A DNA stretch of 55,882 nt, the filler included, from Sphacelaria rigidula (taxonomy: Eukaryota), in NCBI GenBank assembly GCA_964200075.2. It is 6 parts of 6 records of this genome, joined end to end, with 100 filler letters (N's around TTAATTAATTAA, not from the genome) between each part and the next. Parts side by side here need not be neighbours in the genome. Positions count along the whole stretch, not along the records: positions 9,332 to 18,562 come from CAXNAA020008982.1; positions 18,663 to 27,892 come from CAXNAA020008983.1; 4 more parts are not named here. The stretch is one strand, 5' to 3'. Of the stretch, positions 13,105 through 25,247 are shown piece by piece. How positions within the stretch are numbered: position 1 is the stretch's first letter; each line of letters starts with the position of its first letter. The position numbers and the translations under genes are program-made. The notes under the pieces were generated by a model, which saw only the letters and a list, made by a program, of their open reading frames with translations, made no database searches and was not told the DNA's origin.

Positions 13105-13148
13105 TCAGTAGTAGTAGTAGTAGTAGTAGTAGTAGCAGTAGCAGCAGC
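13105..13148. repeat. (AGT)n/(AGC)n microsatellite next to a poly-G tract
   Basis: Seen directly. Confidence 0.9.
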
Positions 13149-13424
13149 GGCAAGAAAAAGAAGAAAGAGTAAACAATGAAAAAGAAAAATCCCGCGGAGC
13201 AGTACTCTTATCTGATTTGATTTCCCCCGTTGATAACGTGAGGGAAGTGAGTGAATAGCAACGAGCTTTTTCGCCGAAAGCCTTCGCGGTGCGGTACGAG
13301 TGCCACATTATCCAATCCGCGATACTTGAAATGCATGGCATGTACGTTCCGGGGATACGATGGACTGGATCGCTCCAGACGGCGGACTGATTTGTCCCTA
13401 CCGAATGGACGGGTTGCAAGTGTG

Positions 13425-13862
13425 CACACGTTGGACAGATCATGATCCGTCTGAAAATTGCTTCCTCTCAGTATCCTCATCCGGATCATGATCCGGATCA
13501 TTTGCCCCCCCTTTTCGAAAATTTCCGCACGCTGGACAACATATGGTCAATGGATACAATAGACGAAAAACGTACTGCATAAAGTATAGGCCTATCGCGA
13601 CCATTGTCAGTCGGCAATAGTTGCAATTGGCCTATACTTTATGCAGTACGTTTCTTGTCTGTTGCATCTATCGACCATATGTTGTCCAAGGAGTGAAATT
13701 TTCCCCTTACAGCGTCGGATGCCAAGCATGCCGAGTAGCGCAACGCTTGCGCTTTTGACTTCTCCGACTCCGCGGTCACGTAGTCTGTGTTTTGGGACCA
13801 ACGGGTTCGATGGTTTTCTTAGATCAGTTGTTTGAGACAGACCATGATCTGTCTGACGTGTG
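13425..13862. mobile_element. 438-bp MITE, probably hAT-type, with an internal long palindrome
   Basis: TIRs cacacgttggacagatcatg... / ...catgatctgtctgacgtgtg; 8-bp TSD CAAGTGTG at 13417-13424 and 13863-13870; internal hairpin 13533-13688. Confidence 0.75.
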
Positions 13863-13979
13863 CAAGTGTGACGACAGCTAAAAAAAACAAAAAGACGAAA
13901 TAAACAGGTGATTGTATCCACAGTACGCACAAACGCGAAAAAAAAGCTCGAACTTATCCAAGAACTTGAAAAAACTCAC

Positions 13980-14148
13980 GAGATCTGATATCATCGGCAC
14001 GTAATGGAACGGGAAGAACCAACCCCAGCTGATGCAGCCGCGGTAGTAGTAGGCCAAACACCAAATTAGACCCTCCACGTACGCGGCTCTCAGCCTGCCG
14101 TGTATCTCCGTGTGCAATGGAGTTATGCCGAACTTTTCGAAGTAGTAC
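13980..14148 (-). CDS. XRN exoribonuclease exon (conserved region 2)
   Basis: tttcag| acceptor, CTC|gtgagt donor; diagnostic YVEGL-W-YYY-G-SW-W-P-HY-P-SDL. Confidence 0.9.
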
Positions 14149-15183
14149 CTGAAAATAAGAAAAAGACACACACACAGGGGGGGGAAATGGGGATTATTTT
14201 CATGCACGGTGTAGCCAGCGTGCAGCTAGCTACCTTCACGTGGCTCCCTCACTGTCGAAGGGGAAAATGGAATGCAGTTTTTTTTTTTTCTTCATTGACG
14301 GAAGGAGGAAACTTAACCCAACACATACCCCACAAGCGGGATCGTGTGCCAATTACCTCGAGGCTCGGCCGTCATGTGGGGTAGGCGCCTCCAGCAGCCG
14401 CAAGCTTCGCTCAACGCAGCGTTCGGATCGGCCCCACGTTAACCCCCCATCAACTTGGCGCAGTGTACGCGTCGCCATGCTCTCAAAATCTTCGACCCTA
14501 TGATTAGGCTTTGACTCCATCTGCTCTTTATTTTGCTCGTTTTCTAAGCTTTTTTTTTTTTGCTTTTTATGTGCTTTTTTTCCTCGACTAGTGATTTAAG
14601 GTAGCCCATGACCTGTCCGATGTGCGCAAATGTTAGAGGTGTCTCTACTAGGAGTAGGAACGGTGGTTCATCTCGGAGGGGATGCGTGGTCAATGGGTCA
14701 ATGGGTCAATGGTCAAATGTTGAAAAAAATATTAGAGGTCAAATGCAAATGTTGGTCGCACGTCCCTGAGCCCCCCTTCCTGCCCAGACAACACAGGAAG
14801 GGGATGAGATATGTGAAAGGTTCTCCTCTGACATACAAAGAAACGCATGAGCGCCCAAATGTCAGAGGGGTCTCTACTGTGAGTAGGAACGTTGCTTTGT
14901 CTCGAGAGGGATGCGTGGTCAATGCTCGAACGACCAAGGCAAGCAACAGAATGAAAACACCACGACCCCCCGTTCCCCGGGACGGTCCCATCGTACTATG
15001 TCTCACTCGCGAGTGATGGATCAAAAGAGGAGCTCACCTGCCCCTGTAGTCCTTCTCTCCACCTTCCGTCTCCGGCACGTAGCCCATAGTGTCGATCATG
15101 GCTTTCTCGTAGGTCTGTTGCAGCCTAGCTTCCTGTTGGGCGATTTCGGCCTCGCTCGGTATTTCCTCAGAATTGCCGAACCG
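13980..15183 (-). CDS. XRN-family 5'-3' exoribonuclease (XRN1/XRN2-like), partial; exons ~15038-15183 and 13980-14148
   Basis: Spliced product ...EKDYRG R YYFEKF...AYVEGLIWCLAYYYRGCISWGWFFPFHYVPMISDL matches the conserved XRN block (RYYxxKF...YxEGLxWVLxYYYxGxxSWxWYYPxHYAP..SD). The intron is phase-2 AG|gtgagc...tttcag|G. Confidence 0.85.
14893..14961 (-). repeat. R65 module copy (a partial second copy lies at ~14665-14715 in a local duplication)
   Basis: tgctttgtctcgagagggatgcgtggtcaatgctcgaacgaccaaggcaagcaac is the reverse complement of the module. Confidence 0.8.
15038..15183 (-). CDS. XRN upstream exon (RFGNSEEIPSEAEIAQQEARLQQTYEKAMIDTMGYVPETEGGEKDYRG)
   Basis: Donor AG|gtgagc is in phase with the next exon; the acceptor position (aag) is uncertain. 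Confidence 0.7.
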
Positions 15184-15846
15184 CTTCATAGCGATCGGAC
15201 CGAACAAGAGCGTACGACAAAAAAAATAAAAGACAAGAAGGGTGGGGGGAGGGGGGGCGGGGGAGCAAACAAAGGAATAAAATAACCGAAGACGACAGAG
15301 AAAAGCAGGGGAAAACTAAATATCAACATAAAAGCAGAAAAAAGAAGGGGAAAGAAAATAGGAATAGAGAAAAAAAATGAGTAAAAGAAAAGGTGCACGG
15401 CGTAACAACGTGAACGGCAAGCACAACGAGAAGCAACTCCTTTGCTCTCATGTTCTCGTGACATTGGCGCCATAACCGGTGTGTTCTTGCTCCCAAATGG
15501 ACGAGAGCGCGATAAAGAAAATCACGAGGCAAAAATATCCCACCAAGAGGTTATCCTGTGTGAAGTTTTCCATTATCTTCGAACAGGCTTTTGTGGTTCG
15601 GGTTCCAATTTCAAGTTTTCCATGATCTTGACAAAGGCTTTTACGGTTCGGGATCGACACACCGCGAAAAAGGGCCAGTTTGAGCGACTTTCGGTGACCA
15701 GAACACGCGCCATAGGTATCAGACGACACCCAAACCTGAACGGTAATGCAGCGCTGAGCCTTCTTGGTGCGCTGCACAAGAAAGCGCGGGAAAAGATGCC
15801 TTGCCGCTAGAGAAAACGCGGCGAAATGGTGAAAAATGCGAAATGA

Positions 15847-16141
15847 TTCCTCGGGACGAGTCCGTGGTCTCAAGAGGTCTCAACCCATCTCTCCCCGGTA
15901 CACCCCTTGCGCTTTGGTCTCGCGGATTGGATCATGACTACCAGCACTTCCGCACCGAGTCCACTCTCGTCAAAAAAACTCGTTCAACGGCTTTTTTTTT
16001 GTGTACCTGCGTACTCCCGCTTTCGACGGTGAAGATCAAATACTTCGAAGAAAAAACCCGACCCATCGGGAATCGAACCCTTTCTCTTCACCCTAATGGC
16101 GACAGTCAGACTATTTTAATTTACACCACCGGGGCGCGGCG
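15847..16141 (-). mobile_element. tRNA-derived SINE family 1 copy
   Basis: Collinear with 16828-17150 and 33018-33329; B box GGTTCGATTCCC. Confidence 0.75.
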
Positions 16142-16827
16142 ACCATGCTCCCACGAATAGCTGACCCGCAATCCGGCGCAGTGACTGTCATCCGGATGTA
16201 CGACAAAAACATGAAGGGATGTCTTCACTGTATTTCTAGGCTCGGCAATAAATATCCAGACGATATACTATGTTCCCTCTTTACAAAGAATAATAATCAA
16301 ACCCCAACCACTCCCAACAAACGAAGAAACTGTTTGAAGTAAACGTACAATGATTTACTTATCTTTTTTTCTTATATACTATTCACCCTCCTTGCAGCCC
16401 GTATCGTACAGTGATATTCATGAGGTATGTTGTCCAGCGTGTGGAATTCTTTGAGATTTTTTCCAGAATTGTTCAAGAATTCCCCGTACAAATGGAAATT
16501 TAATCCTAGCAGTGTAGCACGCATGAGCCGAGGATGAATTGGCGTTGGCGAGGAGAGATTACGGTAGGGAAGAGTGGGCGAGAAGGTAGGAAGGCGATAC
16601 GGTATGTATACATGACGCCAAATCAAAACCCTTTCATCTAACACGGAAAATTGGCTATGAGTAGCTGCCACGGCTCCTGTGCCGGTGCTCTAGTTGTAGA
16701 TTCTGGTTTCGTGGATATACTGTAATAGTGTGGAGCACAAACAGGTTGGTAGTTCCAGGCAGGACGAGCTTCTCGTTGGGGACCAGACAGCTAGGAAAAA
16801 TGACCCCTTCTGGAAATTGTCCAGGAG

Positions 16828-17150
16828 ACTATTTCTCTTTTTTGGCGCACTTCGAACCCCTACCCTTCCTCGGGATGAGTCCGTGGTTTCAAGGGATTAA
16901 CCCATCTCTCCCCCGGTACACGCCTTGCATTTTGGTCTCGCTGATTGGGTCATGACTATCAGCACGCCCGCACCGCGCCAACTCACGTCCAACAAGCTCA
17001 ACCGACTACTTTGTTCACTCACGTGCACACGCTTTCCACGGTGGAAATCAGACATGGGAACAAAAAAAAACCCAACGCATCGGGAATCTAACCCTCGTTT
17101 ATTCGCCCGAATGGCGACAGTAGGACCATTACACCACCGGGGCGCGGCGG
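16828..17150 (-). mobile_element. tRNA-derived SINE family 1 copy
   Basis: A box TGGTGTAATGG; ~320-bp body shared with the other two copies. Confidence 0.8.
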
Positions 17151-17358
17151 TCAAGAGACTGGAATTATGGTACCCCAGAACCGTCGATATGGCGCTCCCC
17201 ACTCCCCACGTTCCCGGCTACAAAAAAAAGTGTGTGGGTTGACCGCTGCCTATCACACTCAGCCCGGCGTCGAGGATGATATATGCGCGTGTATTTCATT
17301 GCGCGCGTGTTGATGATCGTCGAGTGCAGACGACAGGAACAGACAGCACAGTGCTGCC

Positions 17359-18082
17359 GACAATTGATACCATAGCCCCCCTCCCAAAAAAACAGCCCAG
17401 AGAAAATTGTCGTAGAGCGCCTAATTCTTGGGTTCAGGCTGTGCATGAAGCGCCTCTCATGGGCGACATTGGCGAGAACGAACCCAAGTGTTGGAATTCC
17501 CAGCTGCTCGTTGTGCTCGCCTTTCTGATCCATTTCGACTTCACCCCTAGACCGCGAGGGTAGTCTACCTGGATCATGAATACTTTTTTCAAGTGAAATT
17601 GATGCCGATTCAGCAGGTGACCTACTCTCGCTGTCTAAGGGTTAATGAGCCGACGTGCCTTAGTTGGTAACCTCGGAACCTTCTGACGGTTGGGTTGTGG
17701 GTTCAATTATCGGAGCGATCTGGGATTTTTCTTACACAGAATCCAACAGTGGAGAGCGACTACGTCGTGGGTACACAAAATTCGACTTAACGGTCGACGA
17801 GAAAAAGAGACTGCTGAACCCCTCTCGCGAAAAAAATAAAAAGTTGAGCACCGCAGAAGGAAGGTGGGATACTAAAAACAAAAGAAAAAAGAAAAAGCTT
17901 CTGTGTTGACCTTCCTCCTGTGTGACCCCGGCTGGTGCGCCCACATATACCGAAAGGTGTAGACTGGCGTCCAGAATAAATGGGACGACAACACACCACA
18001 CATACTTACGTGACGATTCTGCCTCCTCAAACCAGGCACTTCTTTTGGGGTGGGGGGGGGGGGGGTTATCCTAGAAAGTGTC
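17359..18082 (-). mobile_element. GACAC-TIR MITE copy split by a nested insertion (~17546-18005)
   Basis: 18006-18082 and 17359-17545 are collinear with the intact 54035-54285 element. Confidence 0.7.
17651..18005 (+). mobile_element. tRNA-derived SINE family 2, near full length
   Basis: Degenerate A/B boxes (cttagttgg...ggttcaatt), body gtggagagcgac...gtcgacgag...cttcctcctgtgtgaccccggctgg, then aataaa and an (AC)-rich tail; homologs at ~28232-28470 (-) and 50596-50870. Confidence 0.75.
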
Positions 18083-18562
18083 TACCATCATTGAATACTA
18101 TGGTGCAGTTGATCGATTTGTTCGGTTGATTTCACTGTCGCACAGGAGACTGATTGAACCCGGAGGGACTCAGACGTGGTCATAAGGCAGGCGGACGTAC
18201 GTATCAAAGACAAACAACACGGAAGCATTCGCAGGTGAAAAAAACCCGATTGATGTGGTTGGTTGATCGATTATCGTACTTTTATTGATCCCCCAGGTAG
18301 TAGCCATGATCCAGCCGTGGTCATCATCCACATGATGGACGTCACCGAGACAAAACGGAAAGATGAAAAATACATACGGCATGTAGAGTATATAGACTTC
18401 AAAAATCAACGAAAAAACAACAACTACTATAAGAAACAGTGAATATATATATGCAGTACAGTTGGGGGGGGGGGGGGGGGGGGGGGGGGGCTTGGTGTCA
18501 ATGTGGACCAGCTCGTAAGTGTTTCCGTTTGGGAAGCCCATTTGGGGGCATGTCATAAAATG

Positions 18563-18662
18563 NNNNNNNNNNNNNNNNNNNNNNNNNNNNNNNNNNNNNN
18601 NNNNNNTTAATTAATTAANNNNNNNNNNNNNNNNNNNNNNNNNNNNNNNNNNNNNNNNNNNN
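18563..18662. other. Artificial contig linker
   Basis: N44-TTAATTAATTAA-N44. Confidence 0.97.
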
Positions 18663-20140
18663 GTCATGGTGAAGCGCGAAGGAGCAGCGGCGGTGTTCAA
18701 GCTGCTGGTGGCGACGAAGGAGTAACCCATTCCGGCAGGAGGTGAAGGGTCTGAAGGCGATGGATCTGAAGCCTGTTGGGTGGTGGCAGTCGCGGAAGTT
18801 GGAGTAGATGATCCGGCTGTGTTGTAGTGTCCCACCACAGTAGTAGACCCCGGTGTCGCTGTTGCTGTGTGTGCTGCCGCGTTGGTGTTGTTGTTGTTAC
18901 CACCTTGTCCGCTGTTGTTGTTCACGCCTCCTTGTCTACTGTTGTTGTTGAAGCGACCTTGTCCGCTGTTGCTGAAGCGTCCTTGTCCGCTGTCGCCGAA
19001 GCGGGATTGTCCTTGCTGCCGTGGTCCGCTGTTGTGACGTGGTCCTCGGCCGCGCTGCCCTTGCTGCCGCTGATCGTCAGGATCGTTGCCCCAGTGCTGT
19101 TGCGCCTTGCAGGTGGAATTGTCGTGAAGACTGGTTTTGTGCAAGGAGCATCACCAGTTACTTCTTCCCCCTCCGTTGTTTCTTGCGTTCTTCTTGTTGT
19201 TTCGCTCAAAGCAGTTATTGATGTCATGACCAGACTTTTTGCAGTAGTTGCAGTATTTTGCCGTTGTGGCGATCATCGCCGAGGTGCGACCCTTCGCTGC
19301 ACGTGAAAGCCCGTTTTCTGCGACACGGTTTGCGAACATGTTCCTGATGGTGAACATGGCGTCTTCAAGATTGAAAGTGTCTTGCGATTCCGCAAGTACT
19401 TGAATCTGGGCGTACTCGTCCATCAGCCCATCCAGGATGATGTCCAGTATCTCGTTATCCGAAATCACTCGACCCATCTCCGCCAGTTCATCTCGCAGCG
19501 AAAATAGCTCGTTGCAGAAGACGCCCGGGTCTTGACCTTGCTGCATTCTCATGTTAGACAGCCTTTTTGCCATAATTCGACGCCGCTGGCGTGAAGGGTT
19601 CTTGTATTTTCCCACCAGGCTATTCCAAGCCGTGATGCCGTGTGGCAAAATGCCTGGTCTAGGCTTGAACTTTAGGAGAAAGCTTGCTGCCGGTCCTGCC
19701 GTACTCAAGAACAGGAAGTGGAACAGGATCTTGTTGGCCATGTGCCACTCCCGGATGTCCTCGACGTTCTGGACGTTGTCATCCATCTCTCACATCACAG
19801 AAGTAGGAGTCTCGCCGCTTGTTGAAGTCGGCTCATCTGGTGCAAGCTGCTGCTGTTGCTCGGGATGCAGTGCTGAGTCTTCTGCTGCATCCTTGTCTTC
19901 ATCCTCTTCTTCATCTTCGATGCTTGAGGTTGCTTGTTTCTTGCGCTTGCCAGCTTTGCCCATGGTCTTCTTGTAAATGGTCGGCGGACATGGTCTGCCG
20001 TCCAGGATGTCTGCAATGCCCGAATGGGCGCATGCTGATCATGGACTGTGCTCTGCGGGACCAGACATCGAAGTCCGTCCCGTTGAACTTTCCGCCAACA
20101 GCCTTGACGAGCTTGTCCACTGCGTCCGCCGCAGCAGCAT
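18663..20140 (-). pseudogene. gag: Copia gag of the downstream copy, disrupted
   Basis: KFNGTDFDVWSRR N-terminus, gag core in ORF 19151..19786, CCHC knuckle CNYCKKSGHDINNC, second knuckle-like CSLHKTSLHDNSTC; stops and frameshifts present; runs into the protease start at the contig edge. Confidence 0.85.
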
Positions 20141-20829
20141 TTATTTGTCAATTGCTCCCCCATTCTGCGGTGATCCTGTCGTTGTTGTTGCTGTTGCTGT
20201 TGCCGTCCGTGTAGATGATGTGTACTCGTACAGCAGTCGTACGATGAAGTTGAAATATTCCAAGAGAAACTGACAGTCCCTCGCCAGAAGATGATGATGC
20301 ACCCAGGTGTGAGATACCTACGGGTGTCGGCTGCGAATGCCAGTTAATATATACGAAGTCCTTGCCTCGTGACTAGTGTTGCTAGAAGAACCTGCCGAAC
20401 TGATGATGTCGTAGCTGAAGACGACGTAGCTGAGTGTCGTTGCTGATGACGACGTATATCTCTTTTCTCGAAAAAACTCTCACGCAACAAAAAATGCGGA
20501 GGAATAGCTCGGAACTTGCCGATGCGATGCGGTCGATTGTCGATCTTGTTGATGACCGAAGATGCTCAATAGCGAGGTGAGCGTGGAGGGGTAGTTTTAG
20601 CTGACTCCATTGAACTGCTGTAGTGATGTTTTAACGACGTGAATGATGCCGACGAGCCTGATCTTGATGGACCTCCACAGAACTTGAATTTGATTGACGG
20701 GAAAGGACTTGAAGTTCCCGTTGGTGGGATGTCCGTATTCTGCTTGGAAGAGCGGTGCCGATCCTCTTGAGAACGTGATGATCGCTGATGACGCTGTGAC
20801 TCCTTGCTCTGCTTATTGATGAAACTCGA

Positions 20830-20840
20830 GGCTCATAACC
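20830..20840 (-). promoter_or_regulatory. Primer-binding site of the copia element
   Basis: GGTTATGAGCC directly after the LTR-terminal CA; resembles the GGTTATGGGCCC half-tRNAiMet PBS of copia elements. Confidence 0.75.
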
Positions 20841-21302
20841 TGAAGGAATATGGCTTCACTCTTGATGGTGTGCCGATGTGACAACTGTCTTCTGCAGTTT
20901 ATGCAGAGGTGCAGAGAGTGACGATTAAGCCACTTGACTTGAGAATGGAGATGTTGAACTTGGCGCTTATGTGGCCGAAGACTCTAACTCATGGAAGAGA
21001 AGAGTACGAGAAGAGAAGTAGTAGAGGAGTGATCCGGTGGGCGAGCACCAAGTGTGCGAGCCTACCGATCAGCTAATGAACTTCCAGAACTTCCACACGT
21101 CTAGAACACTCGCGGGACATTACAACCGATAACTCCCGACTAATCCCCCGACAACTTGTTCTGGAGACATAATGTACCGCAGAATATACCGCACAATATA
21201 CCACAGACTATTTTTGGAACACTCAAATGATTTCTTACTTGTTTACGATAAGCTACGATAGATAGTAGTCGTTGCCAATGACTGACATTGAATATTCCAA
21301 CA
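20841..21302 (-). mobile_element. Copia LTR (462 bp)
   Basis: TGTTGG...CCTTCA termini, preceded by the polypurine tract GAGGGGGGG (21303-21311) and followed by the PBS. Confidence 0.85.
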
Positions 21303-21698
21303 CCCCCCCTCAATGGAAAGTCATCTCAAAGGAAATTGATCCAAAGGAGGAAAATCTTGATGCAAAAAACACTTACGCAAAATATTTTACTCCCACTTTC
21401 GACTAACAGAGATCGAACAAAGATCTCTCACGCTTCCTTCTGTAGCATGTACGGTAGATGCAGCAAACAAAAAAAACGCAAGAATGCTGTCTACAAGAAG
21501 TCGAAAATTTTAGCCTAGATATTCAAGCTTCTCAGGAAATGCAGAAAAAATGCTCAAGCCTCCTGAGGTTGCTACTCTGGACAAGATGTACAGAAGATTC
21601 CGCCCGGACTATCCCATGGCGATGGTGAGGAGCCCGATCCTTGAGTTTTGGCGTCGTCACTTGAACTTGAGGATTTGCCGCACGAGGCTGTTTTGTAC

Positions 21699-24600
21699 CT
21701 AGCGGACGCAGCACTTGATGCAAAGGTCGGTCAACATGTGGCGGCCTGGAATGAAGTTTAGCTTGATGATGCCTTGACGGATCCATTCGCGGAGTGCCGC
21801 GAAGCGGACGGCGATGTACCGCGACCTCTGGCTGAAGTTCGCCTCCGAAGCTAGGGTCAGGAAGCTCCGGTTGTCCGCATACAGGGTGAAGGTGCGTTGC
21901 CGTAACCATCCTAGCTCCCCCGGCATAGAAGAGAAGTAGAGCCCGTGCTTGGCGGTGCTGTTCATTGCGATGAGCTCCGCCTCCGATGTCGGTTGCGCGG
22001 TTATGCGCTGAACTTGACTGTCGAAGTGAATGAGCCCTCCACTCAGAAAAACCATTGATCCGGTGATGGATTCGCTTGATGGTCCAGATGCGTAGGAGGC
22101 GTCGCTGTAGCAGGTAATGCTGAAGTCGCTGGCGCGCCTGTAGGTAATGGCGAGACCTGGGTTGCGCTTGAGGTACCGAAGAATCGTTTTGGCGCTAGCT
22201 GAGCTCGCAGTGGTCGAACTTGACATGTGCCGTGCTACCTGCATGACGGCATGCGCGATGTCGAATCTTGTGCAATTCACCAGGAAGATGAGGCTTCCCG
22301 CCAGGCTCTGGTAGTCCTTTTTCTCGCTCGCGGAAAGAAGTGCAGATTCACCAATTGCGTTGTTGAGCTCCGCTCCCGTCCCTGAAGTGTGCGAGGGATT
22401 GCACGTATCCATGCCATAACGCTTGAGCACAGACATGGTGTATTTCTCCTGGCTGATGCTTTTTGTGTCGTTCTCCAGGTCTTGATGAATGTCGATGCCG
22501 AGAATCTGAGTCGCATGACCAAGATCAGTCATCTTAAATGAATGCAGAATCTCCTGATGATGCAGCACGTCGGTAGAAGGGCCCGTGAGAAGAATGTCGT
22601 CGACGCAGAGTGTCAGCATGCAATAGGTGCCTCCGCTGCCCTTGGTGTAGACACAGGGGTCAGATGCTGTAGGTGTGAACCCTTTCGTGCGCAGATCCTT
22701 GTCGATTGTTGAGTTCCAAACGCTCGGAGATCGACGCAGCCCGTACAAGCTCTTGCGCAGACGCCAAACCAGCTGCTTGTCGGTGGTGCTGGCGAACGTT
22801 TCGAATCCTGGCGCCTGAAAAGTGTACACCACTTCGGAGAGGGTACCGTATAGGAGCGCTGTCTGCACGTCCACGGCAATGACCGGTCAGTTCTGGGCAG
22901 CCGCTATCGCCAATAGAAGCCTTTGGCTTCTAATCCTGCACACCGGTGCAAATGTAGTGAAGCAGTCTATGCCGTGCTGTTGCGCCCAGCCCTGAACGAC
23001 GACTCTTGCCTTGAATCGCCCATCCGTTTTGATCCGATAAACCCAGCGCGTGCCGATGATGGAGAAACCGGCGGGTATGGAGTCGAACGGGACGAGATAC
23101 GCCAGCTCGTGGTCGACCAGGCTGTCCATTTCTTTGTCCATGACCTGTTCCCATTAAGCTGCCTGGGGTGAGTCCATGGCCTGCTTGTAGGTGTTGGGCA
23201 CTTGGATTGCTGCAGGGGGAAGAACTTGATCGATGCCCACTGCTACAATGTACGAGGCCACTGAGTCCAGCATCGCTTGACATGAATCCTCCTGCGCGAA
23301 GTTGAGCTGACGTAGCGCCCGAGCCTGTGATGGATTATTCATCTCTGTTTGGAAAGGATCAACGGATCCGGATGAACGCAGTCGTCGTGTAAAACCCAGT
23401 GGTTTCTTGAAGCGCTGTTCCTGTCGGTTGTTGACATCGTGACCTTCACCGTTGTCTTTGCTGGAATCCAGGAATGTAATTCCGTCGTGGATTTGCTCCA
23501 GATCCGCCGTGTCGACCGATTCTTCTTCTTCTTCTTCACTATCCGGAAGATTGGTACAGCTCAGGGGTTCCGGAACCGGCTCGATGAAGGTGACATTCCG
23601 GGAGGTTGTAATGCGTCCCGTAGCCCGATCGTAGATACGAAAGGTTGGGCAGTCGTTGTTGTAGCCAACCAAAACACCTTCCCACGCTTTTGACTGCAGC
23701 TTGGTGGTATGACCTTCGACGTGGACGAAGGCCCTGGAGCCGATGATCCGAAGAAAGGAAAGGTTTGTCTGCTTGCTAAACATGCGATGGTACGGCGTGT
23801 CCCCTTGTAGAGCCTTGTGCGGTAGGCGGTTTATCAGGAATACCGCAGTTGCCGCAATCTCCCCCCATAGGTGCTTAGGCAGACCCGCTTCGTTCAGGAG
23901 GCAGCGGGTCATGTCCATGATGGTTCGCCCGTCGCGCTCCGATATGCCGTTTTGTTGCGGCGTGTGCGGAGCTGAACTGCTGTATGATCCCCGTAGTTTT
24001 GCAGTAGTCGCGGAACGCAGTGCTGACATATTTCCCGCCGTTGTCCGAATGTAGATGTTGTACCCGTAGACCGAGTGGAATGGCGAGGTCTTGAACGAAC
24101 CGTACCAGAGAAGAAAGGGCGTCACTTTTCCTTTCGAGGAAGTGGACGGCCTTGAGCCTGGAGTAATGATCGGTAAACTTGGCCATGTACTGGTAGCCAC
24201 CGATCGCAGTTGGAGTGACGGGCCCTAGAAGGTCCGTGCTGACGAGTTGAAGTCGTTGCGTGGCGCCTGTGCTCCTGGTCTTGGCATGATTCCGCTGTGT
24301 GCTTTTGTTTACCTTGCACGTCCCGCACGCTGAAAAGGAGTCGGAAAACGCGACCCCGCTCTCTTTTATCCGCCCGACTTGTAGTAGCACTTGGGCATTG
24401 GGATGTCCGAGTCGCTGATGCCACGTGTTGGCCATCGGTATAGCCGTTGAGGTGGCACACGTTGTTTCCTTTTCCGTGTCCTGGATCAAAGAAGCACTGG
24501 ATGCTATATTCGCTCTTTCAGGCGGTAGATTGGTGCCGGAGACGGTTATAAAACCGTGTTGAGTGCAGATGCTGTTCGGTGCGATAGCCAGATCCAAGTA

Positions 24601-25247
24601 GTACATGGTGATGCAGGAGCTGTCCTGTCGAAGAGGCAGCTTGAAGTTTTCCATTCTAATGAAATAAAAATCATCAAAAACCAATGACATCCCTCTTTGC
24701 ACTGCTATTTCTCCCGAGAACAGGTGACGACCCAGCCCTGGTGCGATGGTGAAGGGCAGCAGGCCCTTGTGCTCGGCCCCGGTTTGGTCCCGTGTGACGA
24801 CCTTCATTTTTCCTCTGCTGGTGCCGTGGAGTTTTCCCTTGCCGGCGACGCTGATGACGATCGGTGGGTTGTACTTCTGATACTCGATCATCCGGTGCTG
24901 AAGATTTGGAAGCAAGTCAGGGTCGACGAAGTGGTTGCTGGCGCCGGTGTCGACAGTCATGGTGAAGCGCGAAGGAGCAGCGGCGGTGTTCAGGCTGCTG
25001 GTGACGACGAAGGAGTAACCCATTCCGGCAGGAGGTGAAGGGTCTGAGGGCGATCGATCTGAAGCCTGTTGAGTGGTGGCAGTCGCGGAAGTTGGTGTAG
25101 ATGATCCGGCTGTGTTGTTGTGTCCCACCACAGTAGTAGACCCCGGTGTCGCTGTTGCTGTTTGTGCTGCCGCGTTGGTGTTGTTGTTGTTACCACCTTG
25201 TCCACTGTTGTTGTTCACGCCTCCTTATACACTGTTGTTGTTGAAGC
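21699..25247 (-). pseudogene. pol: Copia pol (protease, integrase, RT, RNase H) of the upstream copy, inactivated
   Basis: PR VDTGASNHF; WHQRLGH...CGTC; IN STDLLGP / SDNGGKY / PQQNGISER; RT KARVVVQG, KSLYGL, CVDD; RNase H YSDASYA / EAELIA. Frameshift near 23975 and in-frame stops at 23154 and 22887. Confidence 0.93.
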
